A DNA stretch of 64,000 nucleotides from Octopus vulgaris (GCA_951406725.2 OX597831.1:62372001-62436000); one strand, 5' to 3'; positions 1-13,609 are shown, counted from the stretch's first letter. A program made the numbers and translations. Notes: generated from the sequence alone by a model not told the origin.

Positions 1-89
1 TATTAGTTAATTTACTTTTAAAGCGTAGGCAGAAATGCTTTGATAATTTTATCATGTAACCTATACAATTATTTCATTACCAATACTGA

Positions 90-600
90 AAAATGTACGC
101 CAGGATGAGCCAAATGTATCAAATTTCTACTATCATAAGCACAGAAGACAGCCCAAATTAATTAAAACAGAAAATTATAACAAATGTGAAATTGCATAAA
201 ATAACACAGGACTAAAAGTAAAAAATACGTAGAATCCAACTATGGTATGGTGTTTAAATCTAACAGACGGCTGTTTAATACAATGGAAAATTTGCTATGA
301 ATACAAAAAAAAAAAAGAATTACTCTCACACCCGAAAACATAATGTACGCATTAACATGTTCGGGAAGGAGAAAACTACATACGGTAATCAGGGATATCC
401 TTTCGGATAACTCAGAACTCTGCAAAGGTTGTAAACTCGAAGACAAAATTACATACGAATATGATTCATGGAACACATACATACATGTGCAGGTAAGAAA
501 CAAGCGAATCTTCCCCTTGTATCAATTCTCCAATGGCACATTGTAAGAGCATGTCATCAGGAAAGAATCCGCGTTCATAACAAAGCACCGAAAACTGTGA
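90..600 (+). pseudogene. Decayed Penelope-like element, GIY-YIG endonuclease region
   Basis: Frameshifted fragments RRQPKL..KIITNVKL, PENIMYALTCSG, RIFPLYQF, RKESAFITKH align by eye with YKQPKSLKKILTKAKL, SENIIYVIKCSG, LIFPFYQC, NKETFFIERY of the PLE ORF at 5053-5605. Confidence 0.7.
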
Positions 601-1329
601 GAGAGAAAAGTTTACTAATAAAAATGTGTTTACTGTTAGTGCTAGTAATGTTTACTATTGCTACTGTTACTTCTAGACCCACATCTTCCATTCCGGCTCC
701 AAAGTGCAGGAAATAATCAACAGTTCTTCTTCCTCACTACTACTACAATTACTGCTTAAGCTGCCACTGACTCTATTACTACTTTTAAAAGGGAAACTCA
801 TCCAGCCACTCTTAACCGCTCCCATTGTTTCTACTACAAATGCAACCAACACCATCCGTGCACAACTTATTAATATCAACATTGCTTTAAGGAACTGTAG
901 ACCACTAACACTGTAGTTACAAGAAGGGTAAAAAAATATGATAATGTCACTGGTAATACTGTTACTACTACTATCATAACATAACAGCCATCAGAGAGAG
1001 CGAGGGAGAGAGGGGGAGAGCGTGGATAACCAACACCACTACGACGTGTATTTTGTATGAAAATCATCTGAAATTTCGAGGCTGATGTAATGAAAGATAA
1101 ATTCACTTCAGCGCTTTCTTTTGGCATGGCTAAGTTTCTTAAAAATTATAACCTGCGACATATTCTGATATATTTATTATAAAGATCTCAAGGCATTTTC
1201 GTCTTTTGTTTTGATCTATTTGTGTCAGTAGGTGTGTACATTTGTGTCAGCGTGTGAATGCTTACATGTAGAAAAATTAATAAAGATGCAGAAAATTGGA
1301 CTTGCTACAAGTCATGTATTTAAAATACA

Positions 1330-1652
1330 GGCATTCCGTCGGTTGCGAGGAAGAGGTTTCCAGTTCAACTGGTCATCGGGACAGCCTGCTCGTGAAATGA
1401 ATGTGGAAGTGGCTGAGCACCCCGCAGACACGCGTACTCTTAAATTAGTCCTCATGGTGTGTCATCCTGACACAGATTACAGTATATGACAAGGCTGGTC
1501 CTTTGTAATAAGGTACTACGAATTTTTTTCCATCTGAGTGGACTGGAGCAACTTAAAATAAAGTGTCTTGCTCAAGGACACAATGAACCGCCGGCAATCG
1601 AACTGTGCTATTATGAACCGAATACCCTAACCAGTGAGCCACGGGCTTTCAC
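1330..1652 (-). mobile_element. tRNA-derived SINE, family C, diverged
   Basis: Reverse complement of the element at 35737-36117 (shared ...gcaggctgt(t/c)ccg..., ccgacgga(g/a)tgcc tail); tRNA-like head at the right end. Confidence 0.75.
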
Positions 1653-2534
1653 TTGTGTTTACATTAATGATATAAGCAGCTAATACAAATATTTTAATTT
1701 TCATGAAATATGGCATGGTACTATTTCTTGTTTCTACAACCATCTCTTATACATGTACAATACTTTCTTCACCGATATTGATAGAAGAAGCAGTTGAAGA
1801 TGGAAATGCAACTCTTTCATTTCTCTGTGAAGAAAAAGCTATAAAGGGACATTACATTATTTGTGTTGATTTGAAGTGGAAGCGGGTGGCTAATTAAACG
1901 GTTGCTCTGAGTGGTTTATTTTTTATCAAACGTGATTATCAGCCAATTTGCGAGTAAATTTGAATTCAGATCACGGATTACCCATTTAATGTAAAGAATA
2001 TAGGGAATTCAGTAATCACTTAATTAATCTGATTAAAAACGGTTAATTAATTTTTAGTGCTGTTACATCATCTCCTACCTCGTTAGAGTCTCTTAAAACA
2101 ATCTCCTAAATTGCATATTCTTGCTAATAAAGCAAAATTCATATGTGAATGAGGTAGCGCTACGCACAGCAACCTCCACCCTAACATCATCATAAATACC
2201 ACAAACACATATCGGAAATTTCCATCGTAAACTACATATTCAATAAAGCAAACTAGGGAACCGCTGTAAAAAACATAGAACACCTATCACACTAAGGGTC
2301 GACAAATCTACATTTCCTACATCGCTGGGCACAGGTTGATTAAGTATTGTGGAAGTGAGAGATGTGCATATTTATTAAGCGGATCTATCGATTTTGATAT
2401 TAGAAAAATTCTTGTATTTGTCAATTGATACTGCAGTATCATTATATTCTGCTTCAGTGACATTTGGAACAAAACTCCTAACAGAAACATCTTGTTTGAT
2501 GTCATGGATTTATATACTAGCAGAACAAAATGGA

Positions 2535-2779
<245 letters not shown>

Positions 2780-3109
2780 TATAAAGGATAGAAAAAATAT
2801 AAGCATAGACGAACTTTTAATACAAAGTTAGTACAAATCCAATAAAGATTCTACAAGTTGTTTTGCAGTCTAATTAATTCCAAAACAAAACGAAAGTAAT
2901 AATCCTTTGGAAATCAAAATTAGGTTGTTCTTCAGGAATTCATTATCGGAATGAATGGTTTCAGCCAACAAAGACGTAAAGACATTTAATAGACCATAAA
3001 GGAAACATTGTATTTTCTGGCTTGCAGGTGGTAGTTTATTTCACTGGGTCGATGTTTTATAGAGTGTGTCTTGTGTTCCTGGGTTGTTTTGCTAAAACTT
3101 TATTATTGG

Positions 3110-3900
3110 ATAGATGGTGTTCTTGCGTAGGATGTGGGCTGTTTTTAGCAGGACATTTTTTTGACAATGTGCAGTGTTGAGGATCCAGGTTTAGCTACTA
3201 GATTTTTGTTCATATGGTTTTTTTGTCATGCCCAACCCTCCAATTATTATAGGGAACTGATTTTACCTTCAAGCCCCACATCTTGAATACTTCAATTTCG
3301 AGGATTTTGTACTTTGATAATTTCTCCACTTCTTTATGGACAATAATTTGGTCAGAAGGGATTGCAATGCCAATCAGCAAGTATGTGTTTTTTCCCCAAT
3401 CCTTGACTAATGTGTCAAGGCGATTAGCTTTTATTTCTTTGTCGGTTTGAACCGGCATATCCCGGATGATTTTGGCCTGATCGTTGACTTGTACCTTGCC
3501 TGGCTCATGTTTATACCACCTGCTGCCAGTTTTGATGTTGTAATTTTGGCATATTATCCTGTGGATATATCTACTTATTTTGTTGCGTTTTTATATATAT
3601 ATATTCAGACTTGGCAAGGACTGGGCAGACGGAAATGATGTGGTCAATTGTTCATTGTTCTGGCTGCACATTCTGCATTTGGTGGTGAGGCATGTTTTCA
3701 TCATTTTGTTTTTAAAATTGTTTGCAGTCAAGCATTGGACTTGTGCAACGAGAATCAGTACTTCCTTTTCGACTTTTAGTCCAAAGCTTTTGAGCCATTG
3801 TTGTCTTTTGCTTCCTCCCTGTGTAGCCTTGCAGGGTACTGGCCATGAAGTGATTTTTCTTTCCATTTCTTCTTCAGTAACATTTGTAATTCAGTTTTCA
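3110..3900 (-). pseudogene. Old R4/Dong-type LINE 3' fragment (zinc knuckle plus restriction-like endonuclease)
   Basis: WLKSFGLKVEKE, KCRMCSQNNE, ANRLD..LLIGIAIP, KLSKYKILEIEVFKMWGLK match the C-terminus of ORF 49635-51104; multiple frameshifts. Confidence 0.85.
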
Positions 3901-4626
3901 TGTCTTTTTTGTCTCTGACAATTTCTACTATGTTGTCATCTGAGGTTAGTGCGTCAGTGTAGTTTGCTTTTCCTTTGTATTTTGTCGCCTCTTTCTGTAT
4001 ATGGAATAGCGTTTTCTTTTTCTCATATTGCTTTACTACATGCAGTAGCCTTCCCCTCTTTATTTGTAAGTACTTTATTAGTCCAACTGTTATTATTTTA
4101 TAGTAGTCTTCTAACTGTATCAGGCCTAAATATGCTTATCTGAATCAGGTATCCAAACACTTGGAACTTCATATATTACTTCGTTTCTAGAAATCTAAAT
4201 TCGCTAAAGATTGCTTTCCTTGTGTGCGAGCAATCTGCGTATCATCTAATAGATAGTGCGATGAGATTAATGTGAATGATGTTGATCCTCAGCATGGAGA
4301 AGTAGCCTCTTACAACAGCATAATTCAATTTTAGCAAGTTGGGAATATTATTTTAGATTATTTAAAGCGTCATTAACGTGCTGTAGCATGTAGTCATAAT
4401 GTCATTCATTTCAAAGACTTTCGCCAATAATTCATTTTGTCGCAGAGAAAAGTGAATATAATGTTTGTAGAACAATCGTAACTATACATACTTTAAATAA
4501 CTGACTAACGTTATGTGGAGAAAGACCGATAACAAAATAATGCAGTATCTACGGTTGTATTCAAGAAAGCTTATGTGAATATGATATACATATAAATGTG
4601 TGTGTGTGTAGGTATGTATGCATACA

Positions 4627-4660
<34 letters not shown>

Positions 4661-4661
<1 letters not shown>

Positions 4662-4730
4662 CTCTTTTACTCTTTTACTCTTTTACTTGTTTCAGTCATT
4701 TGACTGCGGCCATGCTGGAGCACCGCCTTT
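4661..4730 (-). mobile_element. SINE family B, 3' tail fragment
   Basis: Reverse complement of 30660-30720 (gctccagcatggccgcagtcaaatgactgaaacaagtaaaagagtaaaa). Confidence 0.8.
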
Positions 4731-4741
4731 ATATATATATA

Positions 4742-5605
4742 TAGAAAATAGTAAAAAGTGAAAAAAGTACAGAAAGCTTAAAGGTTAAAAAATATATATA
4801 TTTGCGTCAATATGTCTGAAGAATATTAAAAAAAAATTTTTCCTTACAATGACATAGTTTAGAAGAAAGACCGGTTTCGCGTTTAGCTTTTCAAATTTCT
4901 TACGACGTTATGTTTATGTTGAATAGACTTATCGTTATGTTTATGTTTAAAAGAGTTCTAAATTAGGGGAGGTAATGAGTGATTTCTTCCGGTGTAAGGG
5001 AGATAATCGCTTAACATTCTTTTTCCTTTCCCTTGGTGTGAATTTCTCTGTATCAGTATGTTGGCATGGGCTTGTACCTTTCAATGAAGAATGTTTCCTT
5101 GTTTAGTCTAATTTTTGTTGATGATCCGATAGCACATTGGTAAAATGGAAAGATTAAAAATTGTGGTAGTAGTTGCTTTGCGCATTTCTCAATGTGCTCA
5201 CTAAAAGGTATTCTGTATTCTGGGAATGCAATCTGTTGTCGATGCAGTGTGCATCTACGTCTGAGTGATAGTCCCGTGGATCCCACGTAGACTTGGTGGC
5301 AGCCCGAGCATTTTATGACATAAATTATGTTTTCAGAGGCACAAGTAAAGTTAGATTTGATCTTGAATTTCTGTCCTTCTTTAAAGAGGAATTCTGATCC
5401 TTCTAGCGGGTTTGGACATGTTGCACAGTTCGATCTACCACATTTTTTTACTTTTGCATCCGTAATTTCAGAAAACAATTTTGCCTTTGTGAGAATCTTT
5501 TTAAGTGATTTAGGTTGTTTGTAGCTTTTAATGGTTTGGTGTATGTTTAGAATTTCCTTTAATTTGGGGTCCTTATGAAGTATTGGTAAATTCTGGGTGA
5601 TGATG
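4742..5605 (-). mobile_element. 5'-truncated Penelope-like retroelement: GIY-YIG endonuclease ORF part (5053-5605) plus 3' UTR/pLTR ending in (TA)n
   Basis: KCGRSNCATC linker, NFTCASENIIYVIKCSGCHQVYVGSTG..LRRRCTLH GIY-YIG motif, downstream E in NKETFFI; open frame to stop at 5053. Confidence 0.9.
4863..4901 (-). ncRNA. Decayed minimal type-I hammerhead ribozyme in the PLE 3' region
   Basis: Minus strand AAGAAA-T-TTGAAAA-GC-TAAAC-GC-GAAA-CCGG-TC-TTTCTT: 6-bp stem I and palindromic stem III intact, CUGANGA core mutated. Confidence 0.55.
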
Positions 5606-6260
5606 GTACAGGTGATGAGAAGTGGATTCTTTACCATAATGTTAAACGCTGCCGTTCTTGGATCAATTGAGGAGGATGGCCAGTTCAACAACAGAGAGCA
5701 GGACTTCATCCAAAGATCCTGTTGAGTGTATGGTGGGATATTAAAGGAGTAACCCATTATGAACTGTTGGATAACAACCAAACAATTAATGCTAATCTTT
5801 ACCGTGAGCAACTTCGTCGTTTGAAAACAGTTCTGAGCCAAAAGCGAGAATCCTTGGTTAACAGAAAGGGTGTCACCTTCCATCACAATAATGCTCGTCC
5901 TCACACAGCTCGACTGATGAAAACTCTCTTTGAAGAATTTGGTTGGGAAATACTGCCTCATCCTCCATACTCTCTTGACCTAGCTCCTTCTGATTACCAT
6001 TTGTTCCAAGGACTACAGAACCATTTTGATGAACTTAGGTTAACAACAAGACAAGAGACTGAAAATGAGTTGGATTCATATTTTGCTTCTAAACCTACAA
6101 AATTTTACAAGCGATGCATTTATAAGGCTGTTGAAAGAATGAATGAGATCAGTGAAAGCAATGGAGAGTATGTTAATGAATAAATATTTCCATAGTCATT
6201 GACTTATCCCTTTTCAGCTTAGATCTTTAAATCGGACTTTACTTTTGCACCAACCTGATA
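5606..6260 (+). mobile_element. mariner (DD34D) transposon 3' half with right TIR; transposase pseudogene
   Basis: TGDEKWILYHN, SVWWDIKG, HHNNARPH (second catalytic D to N), HPPYSLDLAPSDYHLF; right end is the reverse complement of TA-TCAGGTTGGTGCAAAAGTAA, an Hsmar1-like TIR. Confidence 0.92.
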
Positions 6261-6974
6261 TTTAAAATATTCAATAAGTTTTACAGTGATAGACAGTAAT
6301 ACAAGTTTAAATGTTCGAAGAATTTCATGACAGCCATACATGACTGAAAGGTCAGTAACACTGAGTTATATGAAAGATTAGTTTTTACGAGTAAGAATAA
6401 AAAGAAGAGAAAGAAAACAAGTTCTTTCTACAGTGTCTCTCGCTGGTAATGAAGGAGGTTGTTCTCGCTGGTTTTGCTAGAACTGTTTTAATCTAAAATT
6501 GCTTTATAATATAGGTTTTTCGATAATGGTTAAAGTTCTTATTGGTTGTAAGTTTACTGACGTCACTTCTTCTTTGTTCGTCTATGGTCTAGTATTTTGG
6601 CTGGCTGCCTGAAAATGTCACTTGTCTTACGGGTATTTTGGTAAAATATTTTGGTTTGACAGAAGCCTAACATTCTAGTTCCTAGATATCCTGGTGATGC
6701 CATTTGTTTAGATAACTTGTTCTTGACTAGTACAGATCCAGTGCTTTGGTTGGTTGATTTTCTGCTTACGTCATTTGTTTTTGTCAATGGTCTTGGTAAC
6801 GTATTTGGGTCTGACGATCGTCTAGCATTCCGGTTGGTTGTTTCCCTTAAAAAGCCACTTTGTCATTCAGCTCAATGTTAATCTGCTTATTCCTGAGATT
6901 CCAGTTTTGGCCGGATAAATATCTGATTATTTAGTTGTGTTTCATGTCTCTTAATAACAATATTTTCTTATTCT

Positions 6975-7160
6975 CTTAAGTAAACACTTAGATCTGTACT
7001 CCGCAAGCAAATATCCAAACTACCAGATTTTTCCCTCTATACCGATAAAGAGAATATGCTTATAAAGTAATAGAGAACACAACTATATGACCTGTAACAA
7101 TACACCAGAAGAAGAGAAATTAATTCATTTACGAAAAGCAACTAGAATCAACATATATAA
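6975..7160 (+). pseudogene. Short Penelope GIY-YIG C-terminal remnant
   Basis: SKHLDLYSASKYPNYQIFPLY...EEKLI resembles SEHIEKCAKQLLPQFLIFPFY...KETFFI. Confidence 0.5.
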
Positions 7161-8480
7161 ATCAAACGTTTAAGTAACGGGCAGCCTCCGGAATATACAA
7201 ACCTTATCTACAAATGCTGTGCAACATCTCCTTACACACTCTGAAACACCAGTCGCTGATATTAACCTAGGATTAACAAATTAGATTCAAGCTCTCATCT
7301 GCAAGAGCAGCGACAATAACCTTCTTCCATGCATTACAACAGAAAATGCAAAAACCGATTCTTATTTTCTATTTTTGTTACTCTTTTTAAAATTACATTG
7401 TATCTAATTGTTCATATAATTCAATGGTTTTGGACATTCAATCATGTATGACTGCTATAAAATTCAGCGAACATTTGAACTTCTATTACTATCTACCTCT
7501 GTAAAACTTATTGAATATTGGAATTTGTATGAACATTTGATCTTTTAAGCAAGTTTTTTTTTCCGAATGTTCCCTAATGTCTCCTAAATTATTTTTATTT
7601 ATTTGACATTGCGAAAGTAAAAATGTAGAAATTGGTTTGGTATTTTAATAAATCTATTACAAATTCTAAAAAAGACCTCACCTTTTCAGATTCATATGCA
7701 TTTAAAACCCCCAAAGCCAAGTTACTTTTGATTGTTCTCGCCAGGAAATGCAAATCATTTCTCCAAATACATATATATTTGTGTGTGTGTATGTGTGTGT
7801 GTGCGTGTGTGTATGTGTGTGTAGAAAGATACACAACATCCTGATTAGCAATTATTTCCGGAATATGAAAATTTGCCTGCCTACAGACTATATTATCCCC
7901 GTCAATGTACAACCACGTATTATTAAATGTGAACGAGTATGCTCTAAGTACTGACACCACACTAATGATTAGTCAATTGAAATTACGCTTGGAAATATGT
8001 TTTGCAAGTCTGAATTTGATCTTTGGGAACTGCTAACGAGTTTATAAATTGTTTATCAAACAATTTGCAAAAGACTGATGCATCAACATATGTTCATCTT
8101 TAGTGTTAGACTTGACGCTATTTCGTTGAAAGCAAACAATTCCGCTTCCTAACCTCAAAGACTAACTCTATTACTCTTACTCAAAGATCACATTAAACCG
8201 TGCCCATTTGGAATGAATAAAATAAAAGCGCAATAAAAAAAATGAGAAACTATAATGAAAAACAAATGCACATGCATTTTATATCAGCATTCTCCAGAAG
8301 ATATCGATTGATAAACTGATTTTGTCAGGCAGTGTGATGTCAACTAATAATCCAAACTTATCTATATGGTAGAATGGATTGGTATTATTTTCATGAATAC
8401 TTTTATAAAGCTAGTTTATAACGATAATTATTTGTAGCCAAGAAATTTTGCGCTGTGGTTCTACTTCGAATTTAATTCAT

Positions 8481-8692
8481 AGGAATCGCTGTAAAGATTA
8501 TTTTACATAATTACATAACTTATGATATAATAAAATGTGTGTCGGATTACAATTATTTTCCATAATTTACCATAATTCACCATAATTTACCATAATTCAT
8601 TATACAGAGATAATTGTTAACTATGCATTGCTATATAACATTGGTAAATTATGCAATAGATAAATTAGATTAGTTTCATTACAGCGATTCTT
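8481..8692. mobile_element. Putative MITE with 14-bp TIRs and internal 10-bp repeats
   Basis: AGGAATCGCTGTAA at 8481 and TTACAGCGATTCTT at 8679; (CCATAATTYA)x4 at 8560-8599 with an inverted copy at about 8643; no TSD seen. Confidence 0.5.
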
Positions 8693-9048
8693 GTTGAGAC
8701 CTCCTTACACTGGAGGTAATATCATTTAATACAATAATCAGAGCATTTACAAGATATACATAGAATTTCACGAACGAATGCAGAAGGCATATAATATAAC
8801 GTCAGTATTATATTAATTGGAGAAATGTCTTTTCTGTCTACTCTGCCTTCCTCTCTTTCTCTCTTCCTTCATGTATAGATACTTCGCGTCACGCATAAGC
8901 ACATACACATGCATGTATATATGTCTGTGTGCGCGTAGTTGATATATAATATATGGATTGCTGACGTAGGTGTGTGGTAAGATGTCTTCCCAACCACATG
9001 AATTCAGGCAACGTCCGCCAATAGACGTCTGTCATATATATACATATA

Positions 9049-9640
9049 CAGGGGTTAGACAAAATAATAGAAACACCCAGCATCATAACCTCATAATTTT
9101 GAAATATCTATAAAACCGTCAACAGCTTGTTTATTTTCATGTTTTTGGATTTATTATTAGTGTTGTTTAATATGTTTTGCTAAAATTGCTGTTTCTTTTC
9201 AGATATCATCAGAAAAAGGTAATTAAAATTCATTAAAATGAGAGATCTATCAGTATTCCAAAGAGATGAAATTGTTGGTACTCGTATGACAAGCGCCAGT
9301 GCAACGAAAAGAGTCGAAATATTTGGTGTATCAAGGAGTACTGTCTCCAAAGTAGTGACAGCCTTTGAGAAAGAGGAAAAAAACTCCGGAATAAAACCAA
9401 AATTTCAGATAGGGATCGTCGGACTCATAAGCGAATTATTAGAAAGGATTACAAAAGTAAAGCGCCCAAAAATACTGCAGAGCTTAATGACCGCCTCAAG
9501 AACCCTGTTTCTACAAAAACTGTTCGCCAAGAGCTGGACAAAGTCGCATTTCACGGGAGAGCTGCAATCAGAAAATCACCACTTTCAAAACAGACGTTCG
9601 AAAGGGTTTAGAGTGGAGAAAAAAATCCCTACAGAATTGG
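9049..9640 (+). mobile_element. Tc1-like transposon 5' half (left TIR plus frameshifted paired-like HTH of the transposase)
   Basis: TA|CAGGGGTTAGACAAAATAATAGAAACACC terminus; MRDLSVFQRDEIVGTRMTSAS...FGVSRSTVSKV; shifted frame gives TAELND..NPVSTKTVRQEL. Confidence 0.85.
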
Positions 9641-10742
9641 TATCCTGTCTCTTTATACGTACTTTATATGTATTTCTTACCATTTACTATAATTCCTTTT
9701 TTTTTCTTATTTTGATATCCTTACTTATTAACCTCTTATCCCTTATAAATTGTTACTTTTATTGTACTTAAATAGATATTTTTCAGTTAAATCAACGCGA
9801 GATAGTTATGCTATATCCATATAAACGTATAAATACTTATGTACGTCTATGTATACATATATGCACTTTTATAAATGGGTGTATCTGTATGCATCTTTAT
9901 ATTTTTCTTATTTATGTTTTAAAATTCATAGACAACATGTATGTCTTCTCAGGAATTCCAAAAGTAAATGCTCTGAGTAGTCTTTATAGAAACCACTTAA
10001 TAAGTAATTAATTAAGTACATCAATGGATATTAAACTGATTCTATGCAATCTTCGTTTTTAACATTTATAACACACCTTTTACCTATTTTCGTTATAATA
10101 TCAATTCTGAAATTCTGAAATTTTATTTTTATACAGTATAACAATATAGATTATAAGCCATCACACATAGTGCTCCAAAATAAAATTTCCTTTGTATTAA
10201 CATCTTAGGTTTCTTAGCGTCTTGTCCCTTTCACTGGTAATTAACATCATGATTTAAAGTCTACCCTACCCTGTCCCTTTTGTAGACAGTTACCTATATC
10301 CAACTAATTACTCCCAATGTCTAAATTCCTTCCTGGGGGAAAAGAGATATATGTGATAGTATTTATAACCATACCTAGCCATGAGCTGTCAACTCATTCT
10401 TGTCCCTTATTCAAATTAGACACAGTCTTCTAGTCTTAAATGTTGAAGTTGATAAAGAGATAAGAGTATTAGAAATGAATAAGAATCCCTTGCAACCCTA
10501 TGGCCCCACTATACCCAATGCGATTCTTAGAATTGTAGTCTATTCTTAGCTAAAATAGTGACAACATGAATTACTTCCATCTTCTAGCTATGTTAAAATA
10601 TTTGAGAAAAATTATATTGATGTGTCCTACTTGTTGCAATTCCATTTATTTATTTCTGCAGCTGAAGATGGCACTGCATTTAAATTGATGCAATGATTGC
10701 ATTGTTCAATTAAGTGGCTATTCTTCTGTATATTAAAAGCAG

Positions 10743-10748
10743 CATCAC

Positions 10749-10791
<43 letters not shown>

Positions 10792-10920
10792 GTCATCGTC
10801 ATTATCATCAGCATTATTATTATTATTATTATTATCATTATTATTATTATTATTATTAATAATATTGTTGTTTTTATTGTTATTTTTGTTGTTATTATCA
10901 TCATCATCATCATCATTATT
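10743..10920. repeat. (CAT)n/(TAT)n trinucleotide tract
   Basis: Seen directly. Confidence 0.95.
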
Positions 10921-12560
10921 ACGCATCATGTGCATTTAATTGAACTGAATCTATGTTAATCATGCACGAAACAGTAGCAACATTATTGCGGTGGATATGA
11001 TTTTATGCATGGTAAAATATACAGCGAAACCATATTTCCTCTTTATGTTTCGTATTAGCACTATTCTATAAAGCAGCCGGCCCGCAAAATAGCGAAAAAC
11101 GCTGAATAAAAAAAAATATCTTGTGATATTTATTTATATCCTGTGTTCAAATTTCTGTGCGCCCACCTTAGTTTTTCATCAGCCCTTCTGAAAATAAAGT
11201 AGTAATTCTGTGGACGATTATGAATGGTTAAAGCATGCCATCAAATATCTGTCGGTGGGCTTCTATTATAAATCATTATTACCATAATCATCTCTTTCTA
11301 TTTTCCTGTATCAATGGTGCGGTATGTCGATTTCTTACTTTGATTATTAATGTAAGTTTGAGTTATATGCGAGAACAGTTGTGAAAGGACATATGAATCG
11401 ATGCATTATCTCAATTAAGATTTGTGGGAATCGTGTGCTATAGGTATGAGTTATATGTGAGAGTAAATACAATGAAGTATATTTCGATTCATTTTCTTGA
11501 TTATCAATCGCCAGAAAGAAGAGCTTCTTGATAAAGTGCATTAGTATTGAAGAAATTGGCATATGCCATGGTCTTGAGAAACATTCCCAGAAACGTTATT
11601 TAATTCTCTGTATAGAGGACAGGTAATAAATCTACAGAATAAGTTTAGCCGTCTTCGCTTGTTTGATTTATACATAAATAAATACCTCTTCTACGTGAAT
11701 GTGGATGTAATACTATACTTGCGACGTTTCTTGAAATAACATGTAGAATACGGATAGCATTATGAGCCAAGATTATTAAGTATATATATTAACTAATGAA
11801 AAGGCAAACAGTGATTGTTCTGACGCTGAAAACTAAATGCAACCTTCTCGATGGATCACTTTATTGAGAACCGGTTAGGAATTATAGCTAGAATACGTAT
11901 ACGCAGGTATATATGGTTGGTGAAGGAATTTGTCTCACAATCACACCCTCGTAAGTTCAATACTACTGCTTCGCGTGATACAACAGAGATGTTGCTATAC
12001 CCTCTCTTTAACCCAAACAATATGAGTGAAATTTTTAATCGGGAAGTTTTGCGTAATCTCACCATGATGCAGATTTAGCTTGATACCTTTGCTACAGACA
12101 TTGCTTTTGATTGCTTAACTAAACAGCAATAGACGTCATCAACGGTGGGTCCATCAGTTTCAACCCAATGCTTCATAATCATCCTATCATGGACGGGTTG
12201 TCTAAAGACGAATTCATTATTGACAAACATAAATCCAGCGCATTGAAGTTTTAAGTGCAGTACAAAATTGTTATATATAATTTTCTTTTATAATTTAGAA
12301 AACGGTTTGTATTGTTTCATTAAATTTTAAAATATTTTGCAAAATATATATACCTCATATGCTTTCAGAACTGGATTGGGATTAATCAAATTACAACAAA
12401 TTAAGGAGTCATCCATTACCGCAACCTTTGAAGGAGACTCGCCTCTGAAGTTATGTTTCTATGTCTGTGCGTGTGTTTATGTATATATGCATGCAGTAAA
12501 TATTCTGTGGAGAACTAGATGTACGACTGTTACTATTGTACTATATCCAGAACTCCACGT

Positions 12561-12714
<154 letters not shown>

Positions 12715-12715
12715 C

Positions 12716-13136
12716 GAGTGAGAGAGCAGTTCATGCCATCAAAGTGACACTGGGGTAAAATATACGAAGCCCAATATACCCATCATGACTACCCGTCTGA
12801 TAAGGGTACACCAGGCACATGCATCACAACCATATGTGCGCGACATGGTTCTCATATCAAGATAAACAGCACATGACCTTGCAGGTGGGGCCCAGTTAGA
12901 ATTTTCTTCAGGTTGAGTAGCCCATCCCGTTCAAGCGGTCCCTGAATAAAGGTTGTTTAAGGATGTTGAAAGAACCACCCATGTTTCCAGAGGTGAATTA
13001 TTCAAACCCCAAAGAATCCCTCTCAACACATGGCTATGATGCTCCCCCACTACTTCTGCTCGTGATCAGAGATGCACATATCGTCAGCCACTAAGGACAT
13101 GCTCAACTGGTTAAGGTCAAACAACTGACAAGCAAA
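12716..13136 (-). mobile_element. Non-coding interspersed element embedded in (TAA)n, truncated copy
   Basis: Highly similar to 53765-54304, identical left end, shorter on the right, (TAT)n on both sides. Confidence 0.85.
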
Positions 13137-13145
13137 TTATTATTA

Positions 13146-13222
<77 letters not shown>

Positions 13223-13524
13223 GTTATTATCATTCAGTCTACTTCGTGTATAGTTAAGTTGCTTCTATACTGATTTGGATTACTAGCCATAAACTACGGA
13301 TCAAATGAAGGAGAAATATAGATAAGCACAAGATTACGTCATACTTTCTACGCGCGTGTAACCATTATGTTTCCTGTAACTTAAGGCAGTAAAATGTCCC
13401 TGATGATACGTTATAGTTGAGAATCTAAATGCCCTTGGAACAGCTATTACAGGGCTTTCGATAAGCATAATTGTGAAACGTGCGTAGGAACTATAATATA
13501 CAGTTGCTTCTACTCTCTCTCTCA

Positions 13525-13555
<31 letters not shown>

Positions 13556-13609
13556 TCTCTCTCTCTCTGTATATATATATATCTGTGTATGTTGGTGTAA
13601 ATATATATA

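Noticed and set aside
2915-2970. CTGAAGA and GAAA on the minus strand in type-II order
   Set aside because: No acceptable stem III or cleavage triplet
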